A stretch of DNA of 63,627 nt, the filler included, from Trichosphaerium sp. ATCC 40318 (Eukaryota > Protista > Tubulinea): NCBI GenBank assembly GCA_038496445.1. It is 3 parts of 3 records of this genome, joined end to end, with 100 filler letters (N's around TTAATTAATTAA, not from the genome) between each part and the next. Parts side by side here need not be neighbours in the genome. Positions count along the whole stretch, not along the records: positions 1 to 26,397 come from JALMLS010000134.1; 2 more parts are not named here. The stretch is one strand, 5' to 3'. The notes beneath the pieces were generated by a model. That model did not search any database, was not told the DNA's origin, and was given only the letters and a program-made list of their open reading frames with translations. Below, one piece after another: positions 1 through 13,000 of the stretch. The position numbers and the translations under genes were made by a program. Numbering within the stretch: the first letter of the stretch is position 1; each line of letters opens with the position of its first letter.

Positions 1-310
1 TGCCTCAGGCAATCTTGGTGAAATGCCACTAACAAATTGTGAATAATTGCTTTAACAAACGTATATTACCTAAGTTTGGCCCTACATCTCCTTTTCCGAG
101 CGGAATATACTCAATTTTGGCCTACAAATGTAAGAAAACTGTCACAAGCTGCAAAATTCTTACTCGTTTATCCTTTCCATGATCATCTACCCTCTTCCTC
201 TTCAGTGACATTGCGCCAATGGGTCGTTTTGCGTCCGGACTAAGACCTTTAAAGACCGAGAAAGTGCGAAGTTCAAAAAAATCTCTCGAGTGTCAGGTAA
301 TGCTGTCGTA

Positions 311-2368
311 ATGTTCCATTTGGCAGTAAGAGTCCTATTGTTTGTATTTGCCGCCATTGTGTTAGGCCATAATGGATACAAGGCCGCTGTGGTTGAGTAT
401 AGCCCCATTTTACCCCCATATAATACAACAAGCAAGTTAGATGCCTCTACGGCGATGTTGAAGAACTTGGCACTGTATCAAGTAGTTATTACAAAGCGAT
501 GCCTGTTTACGCGTGTATAGGACTTCGCTTGTACAGCGAAAGCATCTGGAGCTGAAATAATTGTATTTCCAGAGGATGGTCTATATGGACCTCTATTCCC
601 TACCAGGTGAGTTGTAAATAGTCACAATTGCTAATTTAAATACTAGGGACAGCATTTTACCGTTTCTAGAAGCGATACCGGACACTACAGTGACACCATG
701 CACAGAATGGTCAAATGATATTTCAAAACAAGTGCGTAGCTTTTTGTTATCCACCGTGGCGCCAGCGTACCTCATACTCATCGTAAAATCAGCGACATAC
801 TTGAGTACTCATGTCAATCGTCATTTTTTTTTATTTTGGCTTAGCACGTGACTGATTATGATTTATTGCTAATTGTTTTTCCGCTTTTTTGTAGAAATCT
901 TCTCCTACGCTTTTCAAAGCTAGTTGTATAGCTAGAGATGTTGGTATATACATTGTGCTTGATATGGGGGATGTACAATACTGTAGTTCATCAAATGATG
1001 TAAACTGTCCACATGATGGGCGGTATCAGTTTAATACGCAAGTTGCTTTTTCAAACAAAGGCGCTATTCTTCAAAAATACCATAAAACGCACTTATGGTT
1101 TGAACCTCAGTTCGATACACCAGTAAATCAATCACCAAAGTATTTTGATACAGATTTCGGTACGCTTTTTGTGTTGATGAAGAAATTGTTTGTATTTGTT
1201 GTTAACAATTTTTTGGCAAAAGGTGTTCGCTTTGGTATGAGTATATGCTTTGATATAATGTTTGAGCACCCACTGATTGATCTCATAAGTTTGGGTATTA
1301 CAGACTTTACTTACTCAGCGTGGTGGGTCAATACGCCGCCCGCTTTAACAGCAACACAAGTAAGTTGAATATTGCAGCTCAAAGTTACTCAAAAAACTAG
1401 TTTGTTTTGAGTTGTACTTATATGTGGTAGGTCCAAAGCGCTTTTTCATTATTCAGAGATGTCAATCTTCTAGCTTCAGGCTCTGGGCATAGTTGGTAAG
1501 GATCGTACTATGTCAAACTCACAAATTAATGTACTATTTCAGGTTTAATTCTGGATCTGGTATTTATAGCAGTTCGACGGTTTTGCAGACTTTCTTCAAT
1601 CCATCAGGGAAAGGCCAGTCTAAACTCATGATCGCAGAAGTACCAGCAAACAACGTTAAAGTAGTAGAGTACCAGGAAAAAGTGCTTGAGCTCGCTACTG
1701 GTGTCAAGTTGGGTACCGGTTTTACCTTTTAATTGTATTTTCGAAAAGGGAACAAAGAGCTTATTCTTATTTTAGACAAGTTCAAGTCGATAGAAATCAA
1801 TACTTCTGATATCACTGAAGGTTCAGTTACGATAACACAAGGCAACACTACGTGCTCATTAGAGTACAAAGTAAAGTAAGCTCTTCTTGTTTTATCATCC
1901 TTAATAACCTCTACAAAGGCTTCCTGGTGTTACAGATAATCAAAGATACATACTAGCAATACTAGATGGAGAATTAGGCATACTGAAAACAGTAGCTTGC
2001 TCTTTTCTTGTTTGCCAAAAAAAGTATGTACTTTTTTCTTATTTTTTTCAACAAAAGTGGAGTCTTACGTCTTTGATGAATCATTAAGTTATTGACTGTT
2101 TTATTATTGTAGAGGACATGATAGAGATTGTTTTGGTAAAACTAATGAATTGAGTTCATCTGTTGTATTTAGTTCAGTGTCTCTATCAACGACAATGAAT
2201 GTCAAAGGTGTAAATACTTTCTTGCCTGTTGCATCTTCTGATCAATCTCAACTTTTTCCTAATGATGCATTTCAGTTCACACGTGGACCTAACAAATCAT
2301 TTACTTATACTTCTTCCAAAATCGGTAAATCCCTTTTGAACATAGGGATATTCGGCCTTCATTTTTAG
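311..2368 (+). CDS. Vanin/biotinidase (pantetheinase)-family carbon-nitrogen hydrolase, secreted, multi-exon
   Basis: Signal peptide MFHLAVRVLLFVFAAIVLG then YKAAVVEY. Nitrilase triad motifs IVFPEDGL (~560), KYHKTHLW and ICFDIMF are intact; CPHDGRYQFNTQVAFS is typical of vanins. Exons are separated by short GT-AG introns. Confidence 0.9.
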
Positions 2369-2848
2369 AAGCCTTAAACCAAAAAAATGTACTATAAATA
2401 AAAACACGACTACAAATAACCATGCCCAGTGTCCATTTGAAATTAAAGTACTAATAATAATTATGCACAATGAACTTATACCAAATAGCATCTTAGGAGT
2501 GTATACCACAATACTATCAAGTGTTGTCTTTTATTTCAATGAATGCTATTTGACCAGCTGTGACAACATCAAAAGCTGAAATGTAGAAATATCAAATGGC
2601 GCTATTTTCTTGTTGGAACTCTATTACAAACATTCTAAGCTCTTACATGCTAAAGGACTGTATTTGAAGGTAATATATTTTTTTTATCCTGTAGAGGAAC
2701 CCTACCCTTTTGTAATCTAGCGCTTGTATGCGCAATTATACAACGTAAAAGCCACATCAAGCAACAAAACTCAAATATTTGTAACTCGTGACTTTGAAAC
2801 GCGTGTTTTACCCTAATCGTTAAAGATTGTAAGTGTGCGCCTTCTCCA

Positions 2849-5800
2849 ATGGCGGAATTCCCAGTTATTAAACTTGTTGGTAAAGATGAGTTAAAGAAAA
2901 AGCTCATCAAATCATTCGAAGCAAGACACCGCGAGATATATCAACGTAAAAGCATCAGCAAAGAAGGTGCTTTTTATTTTTATTTATTCTGCTCTTTTTT
3001 ATCTTTGGGCGCACGTGGTGCACGTGACTTTAACATTTTGTTAACTAACTGTAGAGACACATTATATACTAGCAGGGAAAACAGAATTGGCGATACTAGT
3101 ACTACACATTTGCTTACAAACCTTTTGAACTTACTATTGATTTAAGAATACAGATGAATCAGATCCAGAAAGACATTTATATTACCCAGTATGTGTAACC
3201 ACGTGGTTTTCTTTATTTTGTTGAAAGCAACAACTAAAACAAACTCTTTCAAGTTGGCTGATGTCTTCATTCTTATTTTCTCTGTTGTTGACCTTGAGAG
3301 CTTACATTCTATAAAAGATAAGGTACAGGCCTTTATTGAAGTGATTGATTTTGGTGCTTATTTAGTAACTATTAGTGGTTGCCAGAACTAAGACAGTTTG
3401 CTCCATACACACCTTATTTGTTGCTTGGCAGTCAAATAGAACTTAGAGATGACTCAAACAACTCACGTTCCGCTAGTCAAAAAGATACAGCCCTGGGAAT
3501 CAGTGGTTCAGAACATATTACTTTTGAACAAGGTATACCTTGTTTATCACATGATAGTTTATTAATCAACGTAAACAAAGGAAGCCTACTTGCTAATGAT
3601 ATCAGTGCCTTTGATTACTGGGAGTGTTCATTGGATATACTATGGACGGAACATATAAGTGAGGTGTTTGATGCTTGTGTGAATTATGTCGGATCAAAGA
3701 GAGTGCGCCACGTATATAAGTGCGGAGTAAAACTACTTATACTCGGACACGGTGGATCAGGTACCAGTACTTGGCGAATGCTATCTCTTTTAACTTCTTA
3801 ACAGGGAAAACGACTTTGCTAAACAAAGTTGAACAACAGCGATCAAAAGGTGTAACAAAATCCACTATATCTTTGAGTACGCGACAATTGAATTTAGTTA
3901 AGAATGTAGATTGTATTGCATATGACTTTGGAGGTCAGATGGAGTATCTAACAAGTCACAAGTCTTTCTTTTCTGACAGAAATTCTATTTATATTGTTAT
4001 GGTATTTCCAACATTTACTGCGTTTGTTGTTCATTGTAACTAACTTGTTAAATGAGATTGATGTGTCAACTAATTTGAGTATACAAACACAACATATTTG
4101 TCATTGGCTTGATGTTCTTGGTTCCAAGGGATTGTTGTATTCAAGGCAAAAACGTCATTTGATAGTTGTCGGAAACAAACTTGATCTTGTTCGAGATCCA
4201 GAAAATACTCTAGATGATATTGTGGCCAACATAAACAAACAATTGAGTGATCATATATCCAAAGCGCCTAAGAATAAGATTGAAGTTACATTCAGCAAGG
4301 ATATGGTCATGTCATCGTTATCTAGTAAGTGTACACTGACTGGTTACTGTTGTAAACTCTACTAATTCAGTTGTTTCAACTATTCAGATAAAAGTGTTGA
4401 TAAGTTCAGGAAAATACTATCAACGTGTATAAGCTCAACAACAACGTGGTCCATTGAATCACAAGTACAATTTACATATCTAATAGAAGAAACAAGCATA
4501 TTTGATTCATCACAAGTATTGTGGACAGTGTACGAGTTTTTCATACCTTTCATTTTTCTCATAATTTTCTTTCCTTTTGTTGCACTTGGTGCTTATAAAC
4601 GCATTCTAGAGATGACATGTTTATATTATTGAAGGGAAAAAAGAGTACTATAATACCATTACTTGAACAGAAGTTCAAGTACAACGTTTATTCTGGGTTT
4701 TCACCTGATGTGTTCCACAACCTAATGGATGGAATCGAGTATTTACATTCTCTGGGAAAGATAACATACAATAAGGTACCACAACAACCCTTTATGGTGT
4801 TTTTTTACACTGTAGAGGTGGTTCGGGCTTATACGGCCACAAAATATCTTACGGGTTAACCGGCTAGCTGTTACACGCCCATGCCTAGCTTGAATAAATT
4901 GATTCCTTCTCTAGGCAACACAAACGGTGTGTTTGAGACCACAAACTATTGCACGTGTCATTGCAAGTTTTATTGGTCCACGAGAACATATACAAAGAGT
5001 ACATGGAAACACAACAAGCTTATTGACACATCGAACGGCAATTGTTAGTCATGCTGTTGCTGTTAAAAAAATCAAAGCAATATCAGAGCTAACAAAACTT
5101 ACTGACAATGAATGTGATGCCATCATGTTGTACATTGAATCTATGAACATATGCTACAAACTAAGCGATGAAGAAGTTGTACGTCTTGTAAACTACTAGA
5201 CAAGTACTAACGTTGATTGTATAGAAAAACTATGGTCAAGAAGGATACTTGTTTTATTGCTTGAGACCTGAAGCTGAAATGATGTACATGCCTCCACCTA
5301 CGGACAAAGACCACAAAGAGAAGTTTATCAGTGATACCAAAGCAAAAGATATAATCATGAGAGTTCATCACACTGAGACAGGTGCTTTTCTTTGCCCTAC
5401 CCACTAGCCTTAACAATGTTAGGTGAAAGAACTACAACCTATCATTGTGTATTCAAAAAGGCTATCAAGAAAGTGAAAGTGAAGCATTCAGAAATAGATT
5501 GTATCACCTTTCACAACACTGTTAGGGTGCTTGCATTCAGTCTTGTAAAGCAAAATAGAAGCATCACCACTGACACATTCAATGAACTTCAAGGAAAGCT
5601 AAAAGGTACTCACAACTCAGCATTCATCGTTGTTTGTATTTAAGTTTATGTTTAAGGATTAAAAGACAACAGATACAAGTTGTTTGCAAACTCTATGATT
5701 ATTAAAGACCCTGATGGAAACGTGATATCCTTGTATTATAAAAATGGCAGTATTGCGATTGTTGTTAGAGGCATTGCACCGGAGATGTGGAAGGTACTTG

Positions 5801-7952
5801 AAAAAATACAGTGCCAAATTGTTAATCTGAGGCAGATAAATCTCTCCAAAGAGCTCAATGAGTTTGGTCTCAAAGATAATCCGATTTGCCCATGTGGCGC
5901 CCAAATGGGCATGATACTGCCGTTGACAAAACGTGAGCTTAAACATGGAAAAAAGTGTGAATTTACAGGGCTTCAAATAAGTCCGTCAGAATTAGTTCAT
6001 GGCTTTCCTTTTCAGAACGATATTCTCAATCCTCTCTGGAGCACCATTAAGTGCGTTTATAAAACAATACTATATATAATAACATACTACTAGATCCTCA
6101 ATGATGGGTAAGTCTAAGAAACTGTGGAAGCAAAAAGGGAACCTGAAATATACCGATCTTACTGACAATGAATTACATCAGGTTTGGTCTTTTTCTTTTT
6201 TTTTTCACTCACTGCTAACAAAGTTAGGACTGCAAAGAAGAATATCTTCGTATTCGTGATATGTTCTACAAGTTTGTAGGAAACGAGAAGAGTTCTTTGT
6301 TTGAGATGACAAAGGCAACTGTGCTCTACAACCCTTCCCTTGAGAAAAAGTTTGGAGAAATGTACAACAAACTTGTAAAAAGAGTGTTAAAGGCTGATAC
6401 TATTTCACCACCTTCTAGTATGTAATATTTGGTCTGCCTAAAATGTTAACACACCTCTCAAGATCCAGGATCAAATACAACCCAAGAGAAGGATAAAAAG
6501 GAATGGCAGCAATGGTATGAAATAACCACGTGGGTTCAGATTGTCGTAGTTTTTTTCACAGAATTGTTAGGATATTATCTCATCTGGAGCAGTACACCAT
6601 GCGTGTATCTGGAAATGAGCAGATCAACCTTATTGCAGGGTTCAATGGTACTTCTGAAGTAAGTCTAACTAGCATTGCAGAATTTTAACTATACTGGTGT
6701 AGGATACGTGCTTCAAGATAGCAGAAAGTAATTTCTTAGAAGCTGCTGAGAAGAAAAAAATGGGCATTACTGTCACTGATCCTGGATATTTTGGTACACG
6801 ACTCTTCTCAATTACTCCTTAAAATTATTTAGGTAATGGTATATACTTCACACAATACCCTTCATATGGTACAATAGTTAGAACGTCCTTTGTGGTAACT
6901 AAATACTTGGTTAGGTTCTTTGTACGCAAAAGCAAATAAAAAACAAGGAAATGTGAAGTGTATGATCATTTCTTGGATACTAATGGGTAACATTACAATG
7001 TTAGAATTATATTCTTACAGGTTATGCTAGGTAGACCATATCCTGTTACAGAGGATCCTTTCAAAGGTGCCTCAACGTCACTTCTTGGTAAAGGTTTAGT
7101 TGTATGTTTTTACCTTGTTTGTGTACCTTCTAAATGGTGCTGTAGGCGGGATATGACTCACACTATGTTGTTACAAAGAGTACAATTTCCAAGGATATTC
7201 AAGCACCTTGCAAGCCTGGCGAAGTGCCAGACGCTGACGAGATAGTAATTTTCAATAAAGATCAGGTACAACACCAGCTTGTACAACAGAGTAATCATTT
7301 ATCACTTTAACCTAGATTTTACCTCGATACCTTGTGTACTACAAGCGTGTTGATACAACTTCAAGCAATAAAAACTCTGGGTTGGTATTTGCTCAAATGA
7401 AGAGCAAAAATGTTGAGTGGCGTGATGCTGATAAACTTGTTCTTTGGGTTGACAACAACTTATCTTTTCAAAACAAGGAATTAGTAAAGGTCATCGAGAA
7501 ATCAAGCAAACATAAAGTCAAAGTATGTTCTTCAAAAGTCTTTTAGTGTCACGTGTATTAACGTCTAATGTTGATTTTGTTTAGGTGATAAGCATGACAT
7601 CATCTGTAGAACTAAAGTCGTGGCTTGATACAATTGCTCCTCATTTGAAGGGACGGAACTTTATGATTGTAACAAACAGATATCGAAAAAATGATGGTGG
7701 TGATAAAGCAGCACATGACCTCATCAAGTAATTTTGTTTTGAACGGATCAGTCCTTAGATTTAACTCACGTGTTTGTCAATAGGTTAGTACGTGGACATA
7801 AAGGCTGGAAGAGTATTCCTGTTGTTGTGTTTTGTGAAAACATTGCAGATGCAAGGAGTCTTAAAAAGATGAAACATACACAAGTTACTGACAGGTCACC
7901 TGACGTTTTAACATGGTGTTCTTCGCTAAAGAAAAACCCTTTCAAAAAATAA
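2849..7952 (+). CDS. Multidomain protein: degenerate Rho-like GTPase + Roc GTPase + COR + PARP-like ADP-ribosyltransferase + receiver-like domain
   Basis: Hand-spliced exons give Rho-like YYP-LADVFILIFSVVD..KWLPELRQFAPYTPYLLLGSQIELRD; Roc LGHGGSGKTT (split by the intron at 3761), YDFGGQMEY, IVVGNKLD; COR-like IEYLHSLGKI/VCLRPQ; ART-like FNGT..DPGYFGNGIYFT..GYDSHYV..DEIVIF..QILPRYLVYY; C-terminal VLWVDNN..IVTNRYR..IPVVVFC. Some internal exon boundaries are uncertain. Confidence 0.8.
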
Positions 7953-8715
7953 CAAGGAAATACTATTAAGGGTCTAAATTAGATTCAGTAGAAGTCCATA
8001 TTGAATGCCAAAGTAAAGGAAACCGCAAATTGTTTGGAGTTATGACGTAGTTTGAATCCAGTTGTTTAATCCGTATGCACTAATTAAACGAGGATTGTGG
8101 TTAGAAGCTTATATATTGTTACATCTGCTACAAAAATACCAAGGTATGCCATTGCCGCCGGAGCAATTACCTACTGAACAAAAGCATGATACTGTTAAAA
8201 GCGGATTGGGTAGTAAATACGAACATGGCAACTTATCAACTTTTAGAAACTTTATACTTTTGAAAAGCCTCTGCTAGGAGAAATTGTTACAAGCGTTTTA
8301 ACACGTGACTCTTAAGCCCTTTGTCAAAAAATTCATAAGTGTCACCGTGCTTGGTTTTTATTGTGATTCAAAAATACTTATTGCCTCCCATTTACAACAC
8401 TTCACGAGCATGAGTAAGAGTCTTAGTCCATCGGATTACATAAAGCTATTAAGTACAAAAGGCAAATCACTAAAATCAAACCCACTTCGGTCTCTTGACG
8501 TGGTATTTAACGCACACGATGATATGGTAACAGTTCTTTATCTAAGTTCGTTTATTACCTCAAGTTTTATAGATTAGCCTTGGAAATGGTCAGCCTGAAC
8601 CAAATGCAATACCTATAACTGGTATAACAATCAAATTAAAGTCAGGTAAGAAAAATCGTTTGTAATGTCAATTGAACCTCACATAGGAGAATCTATTGAT
8701 GTTTCTTCGCCTATG

Positions 8716-8809
8716 TGTAAGGACGCTTTATTGTAATTAAGTCAGACCTTTAAGACGTATAATAAAGTTAACCTTTATCCCTATCACTCGGACTACCATA
8801 CCTCTTACA
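8716..8809 (+). repeat. 5' LTR of element 1 (94 bp)
   Basis: TGTAAG...CTTACA terminal inverted ends; contains TATAATAAA; identical to 14304-14397. Confidence 0.97.
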
Positions 8810-8810
8810 G

Positions 8811-8824
8811 TGGCGACACTGAGC
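8811..8824 (+). promoter_or_regulatory. Primer-binding site of element 1
   Basis: TGGCGACACTGAGC starts 1 nt after the LTR and is complementary to a tRNA ending ...GUCGCCA. A Ser-type tRNA is inferred, not shown. Confidence 0.8.
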
Positions 8825-8870
8825 AGTTTAAACAAACCAGGAGCATACAGTTACGATTTACGACATTACG

Positions 8871-10004
8871 ATGAACAACAAGAAAGTACACGATATTGAA
8901 GCATACATACCATACAACAACCTTCAAAACGGAACATGGGTATCACGATGGAAAGGAAAGAACAGCTTCACGGAAACACACCTAGTTAAAACCAAGAAGA
9001 CGTTTACCGGCAAAAGAAGCGATTTGCCACAATTTCTCACGAATTTGAGGTTGCTCACAGAAGATGCCGAATTGAGTGAGAAAGGGTTCGTTCTATTTCT
9101 CGAACAAGCGATTGGAAGCAACATCACCACGCTTATCAACGATTGCGAAAGGAAGGCACGCGACAAGATCGAACTATTGGTCAACAACCTCTTTCCCGAA
9201 GATATCATGCGTACGTTGCACATAGAATTTATTAGTGCGACACAGAACGAAAATGAAAGCATTTTGAAATGGTCTATTCGAGTTTCAGAAAAAGGGCGTA
9301 TGGTTAACGCTACCAAGAAGGAGATCGCTAGAAGGTTTCGAAATGGCTTTCGACAAGAATTGAAACTCAAAGTCGACCTCGAGTACGCCAACTACACCGA
9401 TGAAGAGAAGGACGCACTCACCATCAGCGAAATCACGGTAAAAGCTCAAAAATATGTGAAACGCGACAACAGTATCATGGAAGGCGAAGCAGAGGCTATG
9501 AACTATACCTCGAACAAAAGGAAGTACGAAGAACCACCAAGACGTAACAACCAAGTACGAGAGAACAATTACGAGCGAGAAAAACGTTTTGGCACCGGCA
9601 GATTCGACCCAAGGAAGCGTAACCGACGTACCAACACGAGAGTCTATTACGAGGAGTCTGGCGTCAAAGTTGTTGTCTCTGGCGATAACAAGTATCGATT
9701 CACGGCAAAAGGAGAACCGATATGTAGCGGATGTGGACGCTCTCGACACATTTGGCGTAAGTGTTACAACAACCCAGACCGCGAAGAAGATGCACCATCG
9801 CAGTACTACCCAGAACCAGGAAAGCGCCAGAACAAGAACAACGGTGCCAGTAAAGAAGATGTAAACGTCGTCGAAGAAGAAGAAGATGACGACAACGTGT
9901 TTGCCAATACAGATATTAATTTTGATTATGATCGTCTTTGTTTGTTGAGTGAGTGTTTGCGTTTGCGTTGTTGTGTTTTGTGTTTACGTGTGTGTAGAAC
10001 CTGA
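8871..10004 (+). CDS. gag: Gag of element 1
   Basis: 377-aa ORF right after the PBS, with capsid-like QNENESILKW motif and CCHC knuckle CSGCGRSRHIWRKC. Confidence 0.92.
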   Translation: MNNKKVHDIEAYIPYNNLQNGTWVSRWKGKNSFTETHLVKTKKTFTGKRSDLPQFLTNLRLLTEDAELSEKGFVLFLEQAIGSNITTLINDCERKARDKIELLVNNLFPEDIMRTLHIEFISATQNENESILKWSIRVSEKGRMVNATKKEIARRFRNGFRQELKLKVDLEYANYTDEEKDALTISEITVKAQKYVKRDNSIMEGEAEAMNYTSNKRKYEEPPRRNNQVRENNYEREKRFGTGRFDPRKRNRRTNTRVYYEESGVKVVVSGDNKYRFTAKGEPICSGCGRSRHIWRKCYNNPDREEDAPSQYYPEPGKRQNKNNGASKEDVNVVEEEEDDDNVFANTDINFDYDRLCLLSECLRLRCCVLCLRVCRT

Positions 10005-13000
10005 GGATGAAAAGTGTTTACTGACTAGTGCAGAGTCTGCTGCCGTTAAGGAAAATAGATTTATTATCGATGCTTGTTGTGCCCTAGAGTTTGACCAGAG
10101 TAATGCCAATTTTATGAAGCTGTGCGGTTATGAATTTGGTTGCAAGGATGCATGCAACAGTACTACAAACCATGAATACCGATATAGTATACTGAAGTCC
10201 ACGTGCGTCATCAAAGATACGAAAATGAATGCTGTGTTTGATACAGGTGCCTCGGTTTCGCTGATTGATTTGAAAATGATACGCAAATTGGGTTTATTGG
10301 GATCAGTTACAAGACAGTACATGCGACCACTATACTCAGCCGACAATCAACGCATCAAGACATACGGAGTCATCTCGCTGAAGGTGAAGGTCGGTGGTAT
10401 ATTTACAATTGCAGAATTACAAGTTATCAAAGACTTTAAATACGACATTCTCTTGGGTATGAATTACATTACAGACGCTGGTTGTGTCATCGACATTGGT
10501 AACAAAAACATCACGCCACAAGGAGGATGGCCAGTACCAATACAAACAGTGCGACGACGTATCAACCCACAACAAGTGCACGTGCTCACAACAAATGCGA
10601 TAAAATTAGCACCATACAGCGAGACAATATTCATGGCTAAAGTACCACAAACTGTCAGTGGTACATGTGGTATGATTACAGCACATAAGAGTTGCATCAC
10701 ACCAGGTACATACCTCATACGGAGCGTCAGCAAAGTCAGGAAAGGACTTGCACAAGTACAAATATTAAACGCGACGAACAGAAGGATCAGTTTGAAGCCA
10801 CGAATGGATATAGGATCATTCAGCAGTATACGAGAAGAAGACATTGTGAATAACATAGACGAGAAAAGAGAAACAGTGTTAGAAAGAGTTAATGAGATGC
10901 TAAAGAAGAAACGCAGCGACGAAGAGATCGCACACATATACAAATTGTTTAAGATACAGAGTAAGAAGCTCACGAAGCAACAGAAGTTAATGGTAGCCGT
11001 ACTACATCACGAATACAAAGACCAATTCGACGAAAAGTTAGATCCGAAGAACCACGTCACAGCCGTCAGACACAAGATAGAAACGGACAAGAACAAAGAG
11101 CCGATAGCAACGCCATACAGATACATGACACCACTCAAAGCCGATGTTATTAGGAAGGAGATCAGGAAGCTACTAGAACAAGGAATAATAAGAGAATCAA
11201 AATCACCATGGTCGGCGTCAGTAGTATTAGTCAAGAAATCAGATGGAAAATGGCGCTTTTGTATAGATTTTAGAGAACTGAACAAGATTACGAAGAAAAC
11301 AGTCCACCCAATACCACGCATCAACGAAGTACTGGATGCGACAGCGCTATCAATTTTATTCTCGACATACGATTTGACGAGTGGATATTTTCAGATCGAC
11401 AATGAAGAAGAAGATATTGAAAAGACGGCTTTCTCCACGATAGACGGACACTACGAGTTTGTGAAAATGCCAATGGGCCTCAAGAATTCAATGGCCACAT
11501 TCCAGAAGTTAATGAACTTGACGATGTCTGGACTATTATGGAAGATATGTTTATGTTACGTTGATGATATTATAATATTCTCAAGATCATTTCAAGATCA
11601 TATCATCAACACTGCGTTAGTGTTAGAAAGAGTTAAGCAACAAGGCCTCAAGTTAAAAGCCAGTAAGTCGAAGATATTTGAAAATCAAGTACAATTCCTA
11701 GGATACAGGATATCAGCAGAAGGAGTATTGCCAAAAGAGTCAAGTATTGAAGAAATTAGAAGAGCACCAGAACCAACGAAGTTTGAAGAGTTATTCAGAG
11801 TATTAGACGTCACCAATCATTACCGAAGATTTGTTAAAGGATACGCACATAAAATACAACCGTTCCAGGGTCTACGGAAGAAGGACGCAGTATGGGAATG
11901 GACCAAAGAACACAGCGAAGCATACAAAGAACTTAAATATGCATTTACGAACCCACCAGTATTGAAACATCCTGACTTCAGCAAGCCATTCGAACTACAC
12001 GTAGACGCGTCAGGATATGCATGTGGAGCTGTTTTATGCCAAAGAGACGAACTTAAAAGAGAACGAGTAATATCGTACTTCTCAAAGAACTTCACAGAAG
12101 GACAAAAGAAATACTCCACCACCGAAAGAGAACTACTGGGGATATGCGAAGCGTTAAAGAACTATAAAGGCTATTTAGCGTATACGAAATTCACGCTAGT
12201 AGTATTTACGGATCACGAACCACTCACGATGATGTCACGAATCAACACGGTTAAGAATGTTATAGCTAGATTATTATTAAGTATACAGCAGTTCGAATAC
12301 GAATTAGAATATAAGAAAGGAAAATTACACATAGTACCAGACGCATTATCGAGAACTCCATTCGCCACAAAGGAGACAGTCAACGCGATAGATATGTATA
12401 AGAAGAAGTTACATGTACAAGGACACAACGATTCAGGAATAGACTGGAAAACATTACAAGACAACGACGCAACAACACAAGTATTTATACAATTTTTACG
12501 AGAAGGGAAGATTAGCAGAGCAATATTAAAGTCAAGAGGATTTATAGAATCCACATTTTACGCACAAGCGAGAGACCTAAGAATTGATGACAAAGGCATA
12601 CTATACAGGAAGGATCCAACAAAAGCAGAAGATGAGATATTCCAAATATACGTACCCAACATCGTTAAACTGAAGAGAGCCATATACAAACAAGCACACG
12701 ACGCACCGTTCTCAGGACACTTAGGCTTTATAAAAACATACGACAGACTACGAGAAAGATTTTATTGGCCTAGATTATACGCGGATACAAAAGAATGGTG
12801 TAGATCATGTCCGTCATGTTTAAGAACGAAGACGCCAAGATTAAAGAAAGCAGGCAAGATGGGAGGAAAGTTCGGAGCTAGTTACCCGTTTGAGCTAGTC
12901 ACCATGGACATAGTAGGACCATTGAACAGAACAGGAGCAGGAAACAAATACCTATTAGTCATTAATTGCAACTTTACGAAATGGGTAGAAGCGTTTGCCA

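Noticed and set aside
10560-10830. Possible dUTPase between protease and RT in both elements
   Set aside because: This beta-rich spacer is common in gypsy Pols and lacks recognisable dUTPase catalytic motifs.
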